Origin: a virus
DNA length: 64,000 nucleotides
Direction: 5' to 3' (one strand)
Virus record (IMG/VR): IMGVR_UViG_3300045988_061615
This document shows positions 10,001-19,540 of the stretch, piece by piece. The notes below the pieces were generated by a model that made no database searches, was not told the origin of the DNA, and was given only the letters and a program-made list of their open reading frames with translations. The translations under genes and the position numbers were made by a program. Each line of letters starts with the position of its first letter. Within the stretch, counting starts at the first letter, position 1.

Positions 10001-12426
10001 GTTCTTAGTCCCACTAAGTTTCTAGCATCCCATATATTATAGTCAGTGCCATTATACCTATGTTGTAAGTCAGTTGCACCACTTCTAATATAAGTAGTAC
10101 CAGCTTGCATACCAAGATATGTGTAAGTAGTTCCAGAATACATTACAAGACCATTACCTCCAGTACTCTGAATTTCAGTCACTTTGAGAGCCCCAGTCAT
10201 TGTATCACCTGCTCTATTCACAGCATTAGCAAATGCTCTAATATTGTCACCACTAAATATGTAAGCTTGCCCTGATTCTCCATCCTTAGTGCCCCAAACA
10301 TGGGTAGGTGTAGCATTACCTATAGTCCAATTCATTGTTAATCCACCCTCTAAAGAGTACCTAACAAAGTTCTTCAGTTGATTAGGGTCGGTTTGTTTCT
10401 GGATATAGGTATCATCTAAGTAAGTGTGGAAGTTGCTTTTATCAATAACAGGTGTCCAACCTGTAATACTTCCTGCTGTATTTCTTCTGTGCCACAATCC
10501 CTCTACACCTGTTATGGCTTGAGCTAATTCAGTATAGTAACCAGACTCATTGTTGTGAAGTATTTTAAGTCTATTCGACCATGAACCTTCTATTGGTCCA
10601 TTAGTAGAGTCTTGTAACACACCTGCATATGTACCATAGGATGCTCCAAGCAATCCTACTGGATTAAGGTCTATCCTTAATGCTGCACCACCAGCTGTTA
10701 ATGAACCTGCATATAGGTGGGTATGTCCTTCTGTAGATACTTTAATGCCATTACTATACAAACAGTTATCTGTGCCTACATACACATATTGGTTACTATA
10801 TGTTTGAGGAGAAGTAGTTTGAGATTCTGCACCAATTAGGAATAGTTTTCTATTTATTAAATTGGTAGCGCCCGCTGTATTTACTGTATCACTACCTGGG
10901 TCAGCAGCTAATGTGATATTGCCCTGAGCATCTACAGTAATAAACATATTATCTCCAGCAATGAAGTTTATAATCTTCTCTTCATGACCATCAAACTCTA
11001 AAAAGTCTACAAGATTATACCTAAACTTTAATTTATGATTTAACCTATCAGGTTTATCTTCCCATTTAGGAATGCCAGCACTCCCAATAACCATCATCTG
11101 TCCTATACTACCGTTAGCTAAACCTTTTATAAGTTTACCAGTAGTAGAATTAAATATAGCTAGTTGACCTACAATAGAAGCCGATGGACCACTTACTACA
11201 CCAGTGGTATTAGTCTGTACATATGTCCATTTCTTTTTAACGTCTTGCCAGTTAGAAGAGTTAGATGCCTGAGCCGATTCTTTACATATTAATAGGTCAC
11301 CTATTTCTACAGGTTCCCCATTAATGTATCCTACATTATCTATATAGTTTCCAGAACCAAATGTTACCACATAAGTATTACCAATGTCAGCAGCAGGGGT
11401 GTATGTTCCTGGTGTGGATAAGCCAGCTTCCAAAGCACCTTTATAAAGCATAGCATTGTTAGCCCCCAAGATACTATCAGCATATGCCTTAGCTGTTTCT
11501 ATAGCATTCCATACCATTAAAGGTGAGGCAGCTATAGCTGTAATTTCAGTATTATTAATATTAGTGTTACTAGTAGAGGGATTGGGCTTACTGTTTAAAG
11601 TATCTTGTAGTTTAACGTGACCATACAATTCTAACGAAGAGCCACCATATTCAGGTTTTAATGATAAGTGAATCTTTGGCGTGGCAGAGCCCTCTACATC
11701 ACCCTTCAACTTACCTATGATATAACCATCTATCACTGTTAAGTCAGAGCCTACTACATTAACAGTACCCGTAGAGTTTAAGCCCCCTGTTAGTATAAGC
11801 TTTTTTGTGGCATCATTGTAACTCATACCATTAGCTTTACGTACCTGGGCTGACTCTGAGACATCCATATCAGAATATGCTAGTAATACATTCCTCTCTC
11901 CAATTGAGGTAGATGGAGTAAGTTGTTCTACATAATCCCTAATAGACACATTTCTATTAGCTATATCAGTTACATGTCCCCATTCATCTACCGTTACATT
12001 TGGTATTGAGAATATACTAGCATTATTTACATTAGTAGATTGTCCGAAAGTCCCAGCATTAGTACCACTCTTTTTATGTATTAGCTTTCTATCAGCAGTT
12101 ATCCATTCTAGTGGGACATCTGTATTCACTCTGTTAAGTGCATTACTACTAAGAATGATCCTATTACCATCACCTTTCCTTACACTTATACTTTCACCAG
12201 TAGTAGACATCATAAAGAATGAGTTACCAATGGTTACTTTAACAGACCCACTTTCTTCTGATACCTCTATGCTTGGATAACCAATGCTGAAATAAGTTCC
12301 GCATGTCCACATTTCTCTTGTATCTTCTATAAATACTATAGGATTTAGTCCTGTAGGTATAGTAGGTATAAGAGGTTCAAACAACTCCTTCTTCTTTACA
12401 TATGCAATCTTCTTATCAATCACCAT
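7066..12426 (-). CDS. giant tail fibre protein
   Basis: 1786-aa ORF with recurrent GDTMTG(R/A)L and GGTMTGSI motifs typical of phage tail fibres. C-terminal HYHRF region. Beta-rich composition with Asn/Gly/Ser/Thr bias. Confidence 0.7.
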   Translation of the reverse strand: MVIDKKIAYVKKKELFEPLIPTIPTGLNPIVFIEDTREMWTCGTYFSIGYPSIEVSEESGSVKVTIGNSFFMMSTTGESISVRKGDGNRIILSSNALNRVNTDVPLEWITADRKLIHKKSGTNAGTFGQSTNVNNASIFSIPNVTVDEWGHVTDIANRNVSIRDYVEQLTPSTSIGERNVLLAYSDMDVSESAQVRKANGMSYNDATKKLILTGGLNSTGTVNVVGSDLTVIDGYIIGKLKGDVEGSATPKIHLSLKPEYGGSSLELYGHVKLQDTLNSKPNPSTSNTNINNTEITAIAASPLMVWNAIETAKAYADSILGANNAMLYKGALEAGLSTPGTYTPAADIGNTYVVTFGSGNYIDNVGYINGEPVEIGDLLICKESAQASNSSNWQDVKKKWTYVQTNTTGVVSGPSASIVGQLAIFNSTTGKLIKGLANGSIGQMMVIGSAGIPKWEDKPDRLNHKLKFRYNLVDFLEFDGHEEKIINFIAGDNMFITVDAQGNITLAADPGSDTVNTAGATNLINRKLFLIGAESQTTSPQTYSNQYVYVGTDNCLYSNGIKVSTEGHTHLYAGSLTAGGAALRIDLNPVGLLGASYGTYAGVLQDSTNGPIEGSWSNRLKILHNNESGYYTELAQAITGVEGLWHRRNTAGSITGWTPVIDKSNFHTYLDDTYIQKQTDPNQLKNFVRYSLEGGLTMNWTIGNATPTHVWGTKDGESGQAYIFSGDNIRAFANAVNRAGDTMTGALKVTEIQSTGGNGLVMYSGTTYTYLGMQAGTTYIRSGATDLQHRYNGTDYNIWDARNLVGLRTEHSHNTINHIDNRETASTPQEHSAGVWLDFKSNAKANLTDGGSYTGLLTVRKYGSTSDWSGGKAAQLGFTDNSNVWVRFGTGTAWEAWKQLATTGWADGKFLPLAGGTMTGSITISTDSVVQWSRNTDYAKIHFKNTGDSDADSYLGFETGNNGNEYFKFSGKSGSTLTQWMSIKSNGVTAPAFIKSGSSAAYVLLGDGGHKALNQFIYSTYGSCGVNERTGNSDDLGRAGFWRDNNLGAYGVTLMHSDSANYQCKIYHDYGTGGNLYMKSRANGTWGSVYTIWNSANFDPNTKVNKAGDTMTGRLSWVMNGVTSSISNDNGAYTHHNTNASSGHWFNKNVYVAGNVYGGASYSRILAFKDEINSQVGGSKSAQMLWNSWSTDASYGGAIQIREYGNVTNTQLAWGYSPAITFHWGNRYAKRFGMRSDGQFAVDDIPISLSTHNHDSAYVNVTGDTMTGRLTIQSAGLNGTYSGLLVGDDCYIGDCNMVNTIGIMGTTNNSAGMIKLGKSGYQFGYNGSNHFVSGSGLWTNLNADLLDGVHNGNVTANYVNANSQQTLSLTHLDSNTWYPCVMYASPGNSTPVRVTFCNALSSNVPSWSAHGGGFSFQFDFDWIGGGWGTISWYLRIYRHSYSFANDDPCYGLEQRNNRSALVLYMRGGANYQYRTTDGRSFSVYSSNTNIGDSTYPDYVAPRTSRLNNEWEQEASSRVGTCAIASKADRATVADSTERANMLSGHSASPDGSHPGYGAKVFYSWNIGQANNSSAGYSNGITIGSNPGDQAYGFQIVQNMWDDRTYTRRYNSGWQSWKALATTEDVANAIPSGTIIMWLGDNIPSGWEDITSLFDGRFPMGAGTARHPGWGTSVKNTYSAGVNTIGGDDYVTVDGDYLPNHYHRFVNGTNNYWGGTYTESSSDEEFKKISSLNGKHNRGHDSGESTHQGIFRTGSKCNSTGYNYNSSTYAYFTLIPKYRAVRFLRKL

Positions 12427-12803
12427 TATTCAATAATTTGAGTTGTTAATAAATCATCAAATCTTTTAGCTGTTTGAGCTACAGTGGATTGGGAGTTAAC
12501 AAAGTTACCTGTCCAACCTATTAATAAATCTGTTCCATCAAGAATAGGATTATTCTTTATAGCTTTTCTGTTGACCGTTTTATCACCTAAGTCATTAATC
12601 TGTTTCTGCATGTTATCGAGTTTTTCTTGAACCTTATTAACAATCTCTATGATTTCTTTGTTGTCAAGAAAGACTACCCACTGACTTCCGTCATAAAGCA
12701 ACATCTTACTGTTATCCTTAATCCAGATATGGTAAATAGTTGGAGGGATTGTATCACCCCTCCAGAAATTTACCTGCCTATTGTTTACCATTGCATCTGC
12801 CAT
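12426..12803 (-). CDS. hypothetical protein between fibre genes (possible fibre assembly/adaptor)
   Basis: 125-aa ORF whose ATG overlaps the stop of the neighbouring gene. Confidence 0.4.
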   Translation of the reverse strand: MADAMVNNRQVNFWRGDTIPPTIYHIWIKDNSKMLLYDGSQWVVFLDNKEIIEIVNKVQEKLDNMQKQINDLGDKTVNRKAIKNNPILDGTDLLIGWTGNFVNSQSTVAQTAKRFDDLLTTQIIE

Positions 12804-12804
12804 G

Positions 12805-15690
12805 TTATTCTAGTATTATAGAAGCATTAGTAGTAATGTTATTAACAATTTCCTCTAATGCTGTAAGTTTGTCCATTAATAGTTTACCCTGCGCTGCTGA
12901 TAAGCTCATGTTGGCATCTTCTGTGGTCAGATTGTTTGCTATTGTTGAAAGTATTCTCTTTGTGCAGGTGAACTTGAAAGTCTCCTCCTCACTTTCGTTA
13001 TACTCCAGATTAGTAATCACCTCCAAGTCTTCGTAGTTATTTAAGTGACACATAGTAGTTACACTTACCCTTTTAACTGAATTTATGTCAGTCTGGCTAG
13101 TTCCAACCTTGTTATACACAGCAACATAATTATCAGTATCATATTCTACCACAGAGGCATAAGATGAGAATAAGGATTCCATAAATTCAATAGCATCATC
13201 TCTTACATCAAAAGGATTCTCCAAGTTTAAGATATCGTTATAAATCACTGATTGAGCTGAGTTTAAATCAGTTCTGATAGAATCTACTTCTGACTTGATA
13301 GTAGTATCATTGTAATTCTCCAGACTGTCAACTTTATCCTTATATAGATTAGTAAAGTCATTAGTAGAAAGCCCCTTACCTTCCTCCTTTAACACAAATT
13401 TACTAACATCAGGTATTTCAGACTTTAAAGCATAACCACTTAAATCAACACCAGGTATTGCAGCTATTTGTTGTTGTACCCAAGTTTGTGAAGCTAATCC
13501 TTCAATACTAGGAATACTCGGAGTATTGATAAGGTCATTATAATCTTTAGAGAATAATTCTGACTTATCAGCTTTACTATTCAAGGCAGTCTTTACATTA
13601 CCTATCTCAGTATTGATACCACCTATTGTAGTATTCTGAGCAAGTATAGCATCACTCAGTTCCTTAAACGTAGTATATGATGGGTCAGCACCTTCTAAGA
13701 TTATATCAAACCTTCCATCAGTATATTGCTTAGCTTCTAATAAAGCATTACCAGCAGCACCTGCTGCTTCAGCTCCAAGTTCATCTAATGTATATGTTGG
13801 TTTATTGGGTTGTTTAGCCCATGAGGGAACAGTAGGGTCAGTTTCTACAAACTCAGTTAAATAACCTTTAGCTTCTAACTCTTGTTCAGTAACTAAGTTA
13901 TCTGGTATTGAGTTTATATAGCCCTTGTCATTCTCTAACTGTGATACTCTGGTAGGTATTTCAGTCTTATCTGCCTTACTACTAATATCTGGAATGTCAG
14001 TCTTATTAGCTTTCTTATCTACTTCACTAGATAAGTTAGTTATAGACTTTCTAATTCCAGAGTCATTGTAGTTAGTAAGACCTTGCAGTTTAGCTTTCTC
14101 AGCAGTAGTAAAGCTCTGCTCTGATAAACCCATTCCAACCTGCTTGTCAACCTTGTTGTTCCAACTATCAATATCCTGCTGATTTATGTTCTTAGCAGCA
14201 CTAGCAGCAAATTGAGGCTCTAACTCTTCTGTTAGATAACCTTTAGCTTCTAGTTCCTTATCGGTAACATACTCTTCAGGAACTTCAGTTAGATACTCTG
14301 AGTCATTCTCTAATTGAGAGACTTTAGTGGGTATCTCACTCTTATCAGCTTTACCAGAGACATCTGGAATCTTAGCATCTACTTCCTGCTTAGTATAGTA
14401 GTTATTAAGCTGTATGTCTCCGCCTTCAATAGCTGCAAGTTTATCATCAACCTCATCCTTAGTATATACTGTATGTTTGTCAGCCTTAGCTGCTAATAGT
14501 TCTCGTATAGTTGTAGTATCAATAGTCTCAGGATTATAACCGCTCTGGTCAAGTATCTCTACAGTTGTCTCTCCTAACCCTGCATGAGCACTCTTAAATA
14601 TGTAGTACAGATTACTAAATATCTCCTGTGTTCCAAGTAACTTGAATCCACCTATGACACTACTAACTCCCAGAACTGTGTTAGCCCCATTAGGAATCAT
14701 AACATATATATACTCACCAGCTCCAGCATTTACTGTGTAGACATTATCAATAGTTCTATCTAACTGTGTATAGTCTGGAGAAGTTCCAAAATAATTTGGA
14801 TATTTAATGTCAAATGTAACAACTCTCGTAGCACTAATATCTTCATACTTGTACTTAAGAGTAACTACCATAGATGTAGTCCTATTAGTAAAGATATACT
14901 CTCGCACTTCTGGACTTAGTGTAACGCCATTGATAGATTGCTCAATAACATCCTTATGGTATTCCCAAGTAACCTTTACATCAGTAGGTTCATCTCCATA
15001 ACACATATACTCAGGGTCTAGAGATATAGCCTTGACGTTATCATCAATAGATGCAGCTGCAATTTTAGCATTAACCCATTCAGTAGAGGCAATTCTGTTA
15101 GAATTATCTGTCATCAAGGGCAATGTAGTAGTAGGAGTTCCAGCAAAGCTTGGAGAGAATATATCAGCTTTGTTCTTAAATCTAATTTCTATCTCACATG
15201 CCCATTGAGCGAGCTTGAGGTTAATTTCATCAATAACCTTATTAATGTCAAAGGCTATTGAATCAGTTACAAAGGTATATAAATCTTTTTGATTAGACAA
15301 GTTACCTTTGATGTTTCCCCACTTTAGAGCATATTCATCTGCTATACCAAGATTAATTCTGGCTATAGTTCTCTGATACTCATCAGTTAACTCTGAGAAT
15401 AGATTCTCCTTTTGGAATCCATCATCCCCGCCAGTACACCCATAATATTTAGAAGTATCACAATCATCCTTAATACAGATGTGGTCTACTCCTTCCTCTT
15501 CTATTTTTACACTGTCTATCTTGTCTATTGTAATAACACCATAGTCAGCACAAATTCCCTCTACTTCTTCTTTCTCTATAACACCATCAATTATTTTAGT
15601 ATCTGGCTTTATGTTAGAAATAGAATGTGGGTAGTCAGGTAAAATGGGAGTTTCTTGTTCTTGTTCGTCAAGACGTATAAACTCTGCCAT
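12805..15690 (-). CDS. tail fibre protein with phage-fibre repeats and internal tandem repeat
   Basis: 961-aa ORF. Carries LSEQSFTTAEKAKLQGL-type repeats that resemble Pfam Phage_fiber_2. Duplicated KADK(S/T)EIPT(K/R)VSQLEND..ELEAKGYLTE segment. Confidence 0.65.
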   Translation of the reverse strand: MAEFIRLDEQEQETPILPDYPHSISNIKPDTKIIDGVIEKEEVEGICADYGVITIDKIDSVKIEEEGVDHICIKDDCDTSKYYGCTGGDDGFQKENLFSELTDEYQRTIARINLGIADEYALKWGNIKGNLSNQKDLYTFVTDSIAFDINKVIDEINLKLAQWACEIEIRFKNKADIFSPSFAGTPTTTLPLMTDNSNRIASTEWVNAKIAAASIDDNVKAISLDPEYMCYGDEPTDVKVTWEYHKDVIEQSINGVTLSPEVREYIFTNRTTSMVVTLKYKYEDISATRVVTFDIKYPNYFGTSPDYTQLDRTIDNVYTVNAGAGEYIYVMIPNGANTVLGVSSVIGGFKLLGTQEIFSNLYYIFKSAHAGLGETTVEILDQSGYNPETIDTTTIRELLAAKADKHTVYTKDEVDDKLAAIEGGDIQLNNYYTKQEVDAKIPDVSGKADKSEIPTKVSQLENDSEYLTEVPEEYVTDKELEAKGYLTEELEPQFAASAAKNINQQDIDSWNNKVDKQVGMGLSEQSFTTAEKAKLQGLTNYNDSGIRKSITNLSSEVDKKANKTDIPDISSKADKTEIPTRVSQLENDKGYINSIPDNLVTEQELEAKGYLTEFVETDPTVPSWAKQPNKPTYTLDELGAEAAGAAGNALLEAKQYTDGRFDIILEGADPSYTTFKELSDAILAQNTTIGGINTEIGNVKTALNSKADKSELFSKDYNDLINTPSIPSIEGLASQTWVQQQIAAIPGVDLSGYALKSEIPDVSKFVLKEEGKGLSTNDFTNLYKDKVDSLENYNDTTIKSEVDSIRTDLNSAQSVIYNDILNLENPFDVRDDAIEFMESLFSSYASVVEYDTDNYVAVYNKVGTSQTDINSVKRVSVTTMCHLNNYEDLEVITNLEYNESEEETFKFTCTKRILSTIANNLTTEDANMSLSAAQGKLLMDKLTALEEIVNNITTNASIILE

Positions 15691-15693
15691 ATT

Positions 15694-16674
15694 TTAGATT
15701 TGAATAATTTGATAAGCATATGTCATAGGGTCTAAGAAGGATATGATTGTAGCTTCATTGACCTTATGAATTGTTTTAGTAATGGTCATTGATAAACTAG
15801 TATCTCCAATAGGGAATACCTTGTTATATAATGAACCTTCCATGTAACATACATTCTCATTAAACATATTATTAACAGAGTTCCACCTTAAAGTTGTATC
15901 ATGACAGCCTCTAAGGAATGTATTACCCTTACAGTCAGCTTCCAATACATTGTCATAAGTATCTCCCAAGAATATGTTGTTAGTACACCCTTGTTTTAAT
16001 TCGTTATGTTTAGTATTATGTAATTCTGAACTGTCAGTAATAACTCCACCAGTTAAGTCTGAGAATGTGTAGAAATCTCCATATGCTGCTCCAAGATTAA
16101 GATTAGTGTTGTCTAATTCATCAGCAGTTCTTCTGAACTTAATATTCTTAAAGTCATAGTATGCTGAGTTGAAGTGATTGTCTCTCATAAAGGTTATTCT
16201 ACCTTTGGTAGTAATACCATCTTCAAGAGTTTCTTTAGTCGGGTCATATTCAATAACCCAATCCTTCATTTTATTATCATCAATAACAACCCTTGGGTCT
16301 AACCTATTGTTAGTAATAGCTGTTACAATTAGCTTCCAAATAGGTGAGGGGTTAGTGGAGCTATCAGTGCCCCACGTAACCTTCTGACCAGAACTATTAG
16401 TAACGTTAGAAGAATAGATAGTTTGAAAGTCTGCAATAACATACCTTGCCCCTGTTACTAAACTCTTCTTACCTATATTATCATTGAGTACTGCATAGGT
16501 AACTTCTAATGGTTTGGATTGTCCACCTTCTCCAGTATAATCAATGATACCTATGTTCTTCCTTAGTTGTTCCTGCTCTAAATCAGTTAAACCACCCAAT
16601 AAGTCTTTCTTCTTGAAATAATTATTTAAATCATGAATACAGGCATAACGTCTTGTATCCCTTTCTATTGCCAT
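15694..16674 (-). CDS. hypothetical structural protein
   Basis: 326-aa ORF in the tail module. Confidence 0.5.
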   Translation of the reverse strand: MAIERDTRRYACIHDLNNYFKKKDLLGGLTDLEQEQLRKNIGIIDYTGEGGQSKPLEVTYAVLNDNIGKKSLVTGARYVIADFQTIYSSNVTNSSGQKVTWGTDSSTNPSPIWKLIVTAITNNRLDPRVVIDDNKMKDWVIEYDPTKETLEDGITTKGRITFMRDNHFNSAYYDFKNIKFRRTADELDNTNLNLGAAYGDFYTFSDLTGGVITDSSELHNTKHNELKQGCTNNIFLGDTYDNVLEADCKGNTFLRGCHDTTLRWNSVNNMFNENVCYMEGSLYNKVFPIGDTSLSMTITKTIHKVNEATIISFLDPMTYAYQIIQI

Positions 16675-16675
16675 G

Positions 16676-16861
16676 TTAATTATTCATTAGAAATTCGTAT
16701 ATTCCATCTATCTTATCAAAGTATTGACAAGTCTGAATAAAGGATATTTGGTGTAGAATCATACTATAGTCTTCTACGTATCCCTTATTTAGCCTCTTAA
16801 GGAATTTGTCAAAGTCTTTGATTACTTTCTTCTTAAGGTTAGTTATTGCATCCACAACCAC
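16676..16861 (-). CDS. small hypothetical protein
   Basis: 61-aa ORF packed between genes. Confidence 0.3.
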   Translation of the reverse strand: MVVDAITNLKKKVIKDFDKFLKRLNKGYVEDYSMILHQISFIQTCQYFDKIDGIYEFLMNN

Positions 16862-17633
16862 CTCCTCCTATAGTATTCTTATCAACCATAACATCTTTAC
16901 AAATTCCTCCACATTGAGTAATGTCTTCTAAGACTCTCTGAGCCTCATAGTATTGACCTAACTCAATTAAGTACTTGATAACATTAATTGCCATCCATAT
17001 AATATCTCTATTATAGATTAGCATCTTAACATCATCAGTTCTATTCTTACATCTTCCTGGTAAGTCTCCTAAAAGATTCTTACATAGTCTATAGAAACAT
17101 TCATTAATATGACAAACACAGAATGTGTTCTTATCACCTCTAATGATTGTAGTAGTCTTCTCTGTAACAGTAGCTGGAGGCATAGCATTCACCTCTAATA
17201 TTTCCTCTACAGTTACTGCAATAGACTCTTCATCAACATACTTCATGAATGTCTCAGACTCTGTATCGTAGTAATAAACAGAATTATAAGCTGTTAGTGC
17301 AGTGGGATTTCTCTCTAACACATACTTCAACCATACATCAGTTGGCAGAATTATATGTGTAACTTCATATAGACCATCAATGGGCATCTCTAATTCGGAT
17401 TCATCAATGCAGTCTATAACGTGTTCTACAACATCATACTTCTGAGTTACTTCGTCTCCTGAAGACTTAATACTTGTTATAGCATTAAGAGTAATTGTTT
17501 GGCTATAGGCATAACTACGAGTACTAACTGTGATTCCATCAGTCTCGTTTAAGTACTCGTCATTATCCCTCTCCAATCCAGTTATCGTAATACCACAAGC
17601 ACCTTTCTTGCATATTTTAAATACTGAATCCAT
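16839..17633 (-). CDS. hypothetical protein with Cys-rich Gly-rich C-terminus
   Basis: 264-aa ORF with several Cys pairs and a GGGGCGCNN tail. Confidence 0.5.
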   Translation of the reverse strand: MDSVFKICKKGACGITITGLERDNDEYLNETDGITVSTRSYAYSQTITLNAITSIKSSGDEVTQKYDVVEHVIDCIDESELEMPIDGLYEVTHIILPTDVWLKYVLERNPTALTAYNSVYYYDTESETFMKYVDEESIAVTVEEILEVNAMPPATVTEKTTTIIRGDKNTFCVCHINECFYRLCKNLLGDLPGRCKNRTDDVKMLIYNRDIIWMAINVIKYLIELGQYYEAQRVLEDITQCGGICKDVMVDKNTIGGGGCGCNN

Positions 17634-17635
17634 AA

Positions 17636-18013
17636 TTATACGTTGAAGTCAGCTCTAACTTTAGTTTTGATTTCTCCTACTAGTGTAAGATAGTCTAGGT
17701 ATTTCTGTCTATCAGTTTGATTATCAGATAATCCTAATACAATACTGTTGGAGCTGTTGATTAAATCAAACTCTTCATCTTGGTCTACATACTGCCTAAT
17801 AATAGCTTTAATGCATTCTTTATGGTCTGGTTGACCATGTAGATGAACCTGAACATATGTCCACCTTGTTTCTTGTGTTACATCTTCTGTTTCTGGGTCT
17901 ATAACATCAACCACCTTTGACTTAATGTCATAGTTATAGTAATATGTGCCATTACCTAGTTTCTCTATTGAGTTAGGTTGTACATTCATTTCTATTCTTC
18001 TTGGTTCTAACAT
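17636..18013 (-). CDS. hypothetical protein downstream of DGR RT
   Basis: 125-aa ORF that overlaps the 3' end of the RT gene. It is not basic, so it is probably not an Avd accessory protein. Confidence 0.4.
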   Translation of the reverse strand: MLEPRRIEMNVQPNSIEKLGNGTYYYNYDIKSKVVDVIDPETEDVTQETRWTYVQVHLHGQPDHKECIKAIIRQYVDQDEEFDLINSSNSIVLGLSDNQTDRQKYLDYLTLVGEIKTKVRADFNV

Positions 18014-19208
18014 AAGGTCTTATTTTAAAATTTACTGGGAATGAATATCTGGTTAGAGAGTAGAATAGGTCCCTACTCTTGCTCTCAAAGTAATAAGATT
18101 TGTTATTGTACACAAAGTTAACCCTAAAACACTTGCTATAGCTAACCATATCTACAACATGAATATACTTGTTATAAAATCTTGAAATATTAGACTTCTT
18201 CCCATCCCAATTAGAGAACCTTAAACCTGTATCTCTTTGAATCTTTCTTAATAGATTCTTAGAATTACAGAACTTTAGCCAACCAAAGTATGATTGCATT
18301 CTCCTTCTCAATTCCTGTCTGTCAATCTTACCAGACTGATATTTCCTAACAAGTCTGAATAGTCTAATCTTAATTGACTTCCTTAGTAATACATGGGTAT
18401 GATAGAACCTATAACCTACAAAGTCTATACCTCTATCATCTACTGGGAATATTTGGTAATTTGATTTTAACCTTAAATTTAGAACCTCCTTCAAGTACAT
18501 CTTAATTGCTATAAGTACTGTTCTCAAGAAGTTCTTATCACTGCTGAGAATTACAATATCATCAGCATACCTGAAATAGAATTTACATTTCAACTCTTCC
18601 TTGACCCAATGGTCAAAGTAAGCTAAGTACAGATTAGCGAAGAACTGCGATAAGTAATTACCTATAGGAACTCTGTCGGCAGAATATATGATTTCAATAA
18701 GCAATAGTAAAAGACCTTGGTCTTTAATCTTCTTCTTAATGATTTCACATAGTATGTCGTGATTAACAGATGGGTAAAACTTTCTGACATCCATCTTAAG
18801 ACAGTACATTGTCTCCTCTGGATGTTTAGTTAATGCCGCTCTTAGGTCATAAGCTACATTATGAATTCCTCTATCTTTGATGCAAGAGTAAGTTTGCTTA
18901 ATAAATATTTTAGTCCAAATAGGTTCCATCACGTTCATTATAGCGTGATGTGTTATCCTATCTGGATAGTATGGTAGTCTAAATATCAACCTTTCTTTAG
19001 GTTCGTATATCTTAAACGTACTATACTCAGAGGTTTCATATACTAAGTCTTTTAATTGCTCAGATAACCTCTCATTCTCCTCCTGTCTATTCCTGTCATG
19101 CTTGAGGATTCCCCATCTAGCTGACTTATGCTTTCTAGCCTTATCATCAGCTTTCTCAATATTCTCTATATCATAAACCTTCTCATGTAAATAACCTATA
19201 CGTTTCAA
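17973..19208 (-). CDS. DGR-type reverse transcriptase
   Basis: 411-aa ORF with the RT motif RYADDIVILS (YADD box). Carries the DGR-typical PIGNYLSQFFANLYL motif. Lies immediately downstream of a TR/VR pair. Confidence 0.9.
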   Translation of the reverse strand: MKRIGYLHEKVYDIENIEKADDKARKHKSARWGILKHDRNRQEENERLSEQLKDLVYETSEYSTFKIYEPKERLIFRLPYYPDRITHHAIMNVMEPIWTKIFIKQTYSCIKDRGIHNVAYDLRAALTKHPEETMYCLKMDVRKFYPSVNHDILCEIIKKKIKDQGLLLLLIEIIYSADRVPIGNYLSQFFANLYLAYFDHWVKEELKCKFYFRYADDIVILSSDKNFLRTVLIAIKMYLKEVLNLRLKSNYQIFPVDDRGIDFVGYRFYHTHVLLRKSIKIRLFRLVRKYQSGKIDRQELRRRMQSYFGWLKFCNSKNLLRKIQRDTGLRFSNWDGKKSNISRFYNKYIHVVDMVSYSKCFRVNFVYNNKSYYFESKSRDLFYSLTRYSFPVNFKIRPYVRTKKNRNECTT

Positions 19209-19354
19209 GTCTTATATATTTATTATGGAAGCTTTCGAGACTTAACCTACTAACACCCAGTTATTAAATACTACGTTGTCTTTTGCCAAGAGGCAAGGGT
19301 ACTATTTAGACTGTAAAATGAAAACCAAATTACCTAAATAAAGAAATATATAAT

Positions 19355-19457
19355 AAGCCTACATTCGTATTAGCATTACTGACTCCATTATTAGAATTGA
19401 AGTAGCTAAGACTAGCATTACTACCATTATTAGCGTTGCTGCTAACGATGAGTGTTT
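19355..19457 (-). repeat. DGR template repeat (TR)
   Basis: Non-coding copy of the VR, about 103 bp. Differs from the VR at 19 positions, and every one is an adenine on the minus (coding) strand in the TR. Confidence 0.85.
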
Positions 19458-19540
19458 TATAGTAAATATAACTTGTCCAGCACCAACAGTATGTAGGTAA
19501 ATAGTACCCTAATCTCGTATTCTATCTATTGTATATTTTG

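Noticed and set aside
3923-15642. Numerous 60-100-aa plus-strand ORFs from the track that lie inside the giant minus-strand tail genes (e.g. 3923..4135, 7585..7803, 9620..9805, 12740..13036, 14314..14496, 15412..15642)
   Set aside because: They sit fully inside much longer uninterrupted opposite-strand ORFs. They have low-complexity or antisense composition and are typical shadow ORFs.
17636-18013. 125-aa ORF downstream of the RT as the DGR accessory protein Avd
   Set aside because: The protein is acidic and lacks the basic helical character expected of Avd. I saw no support beyond position.
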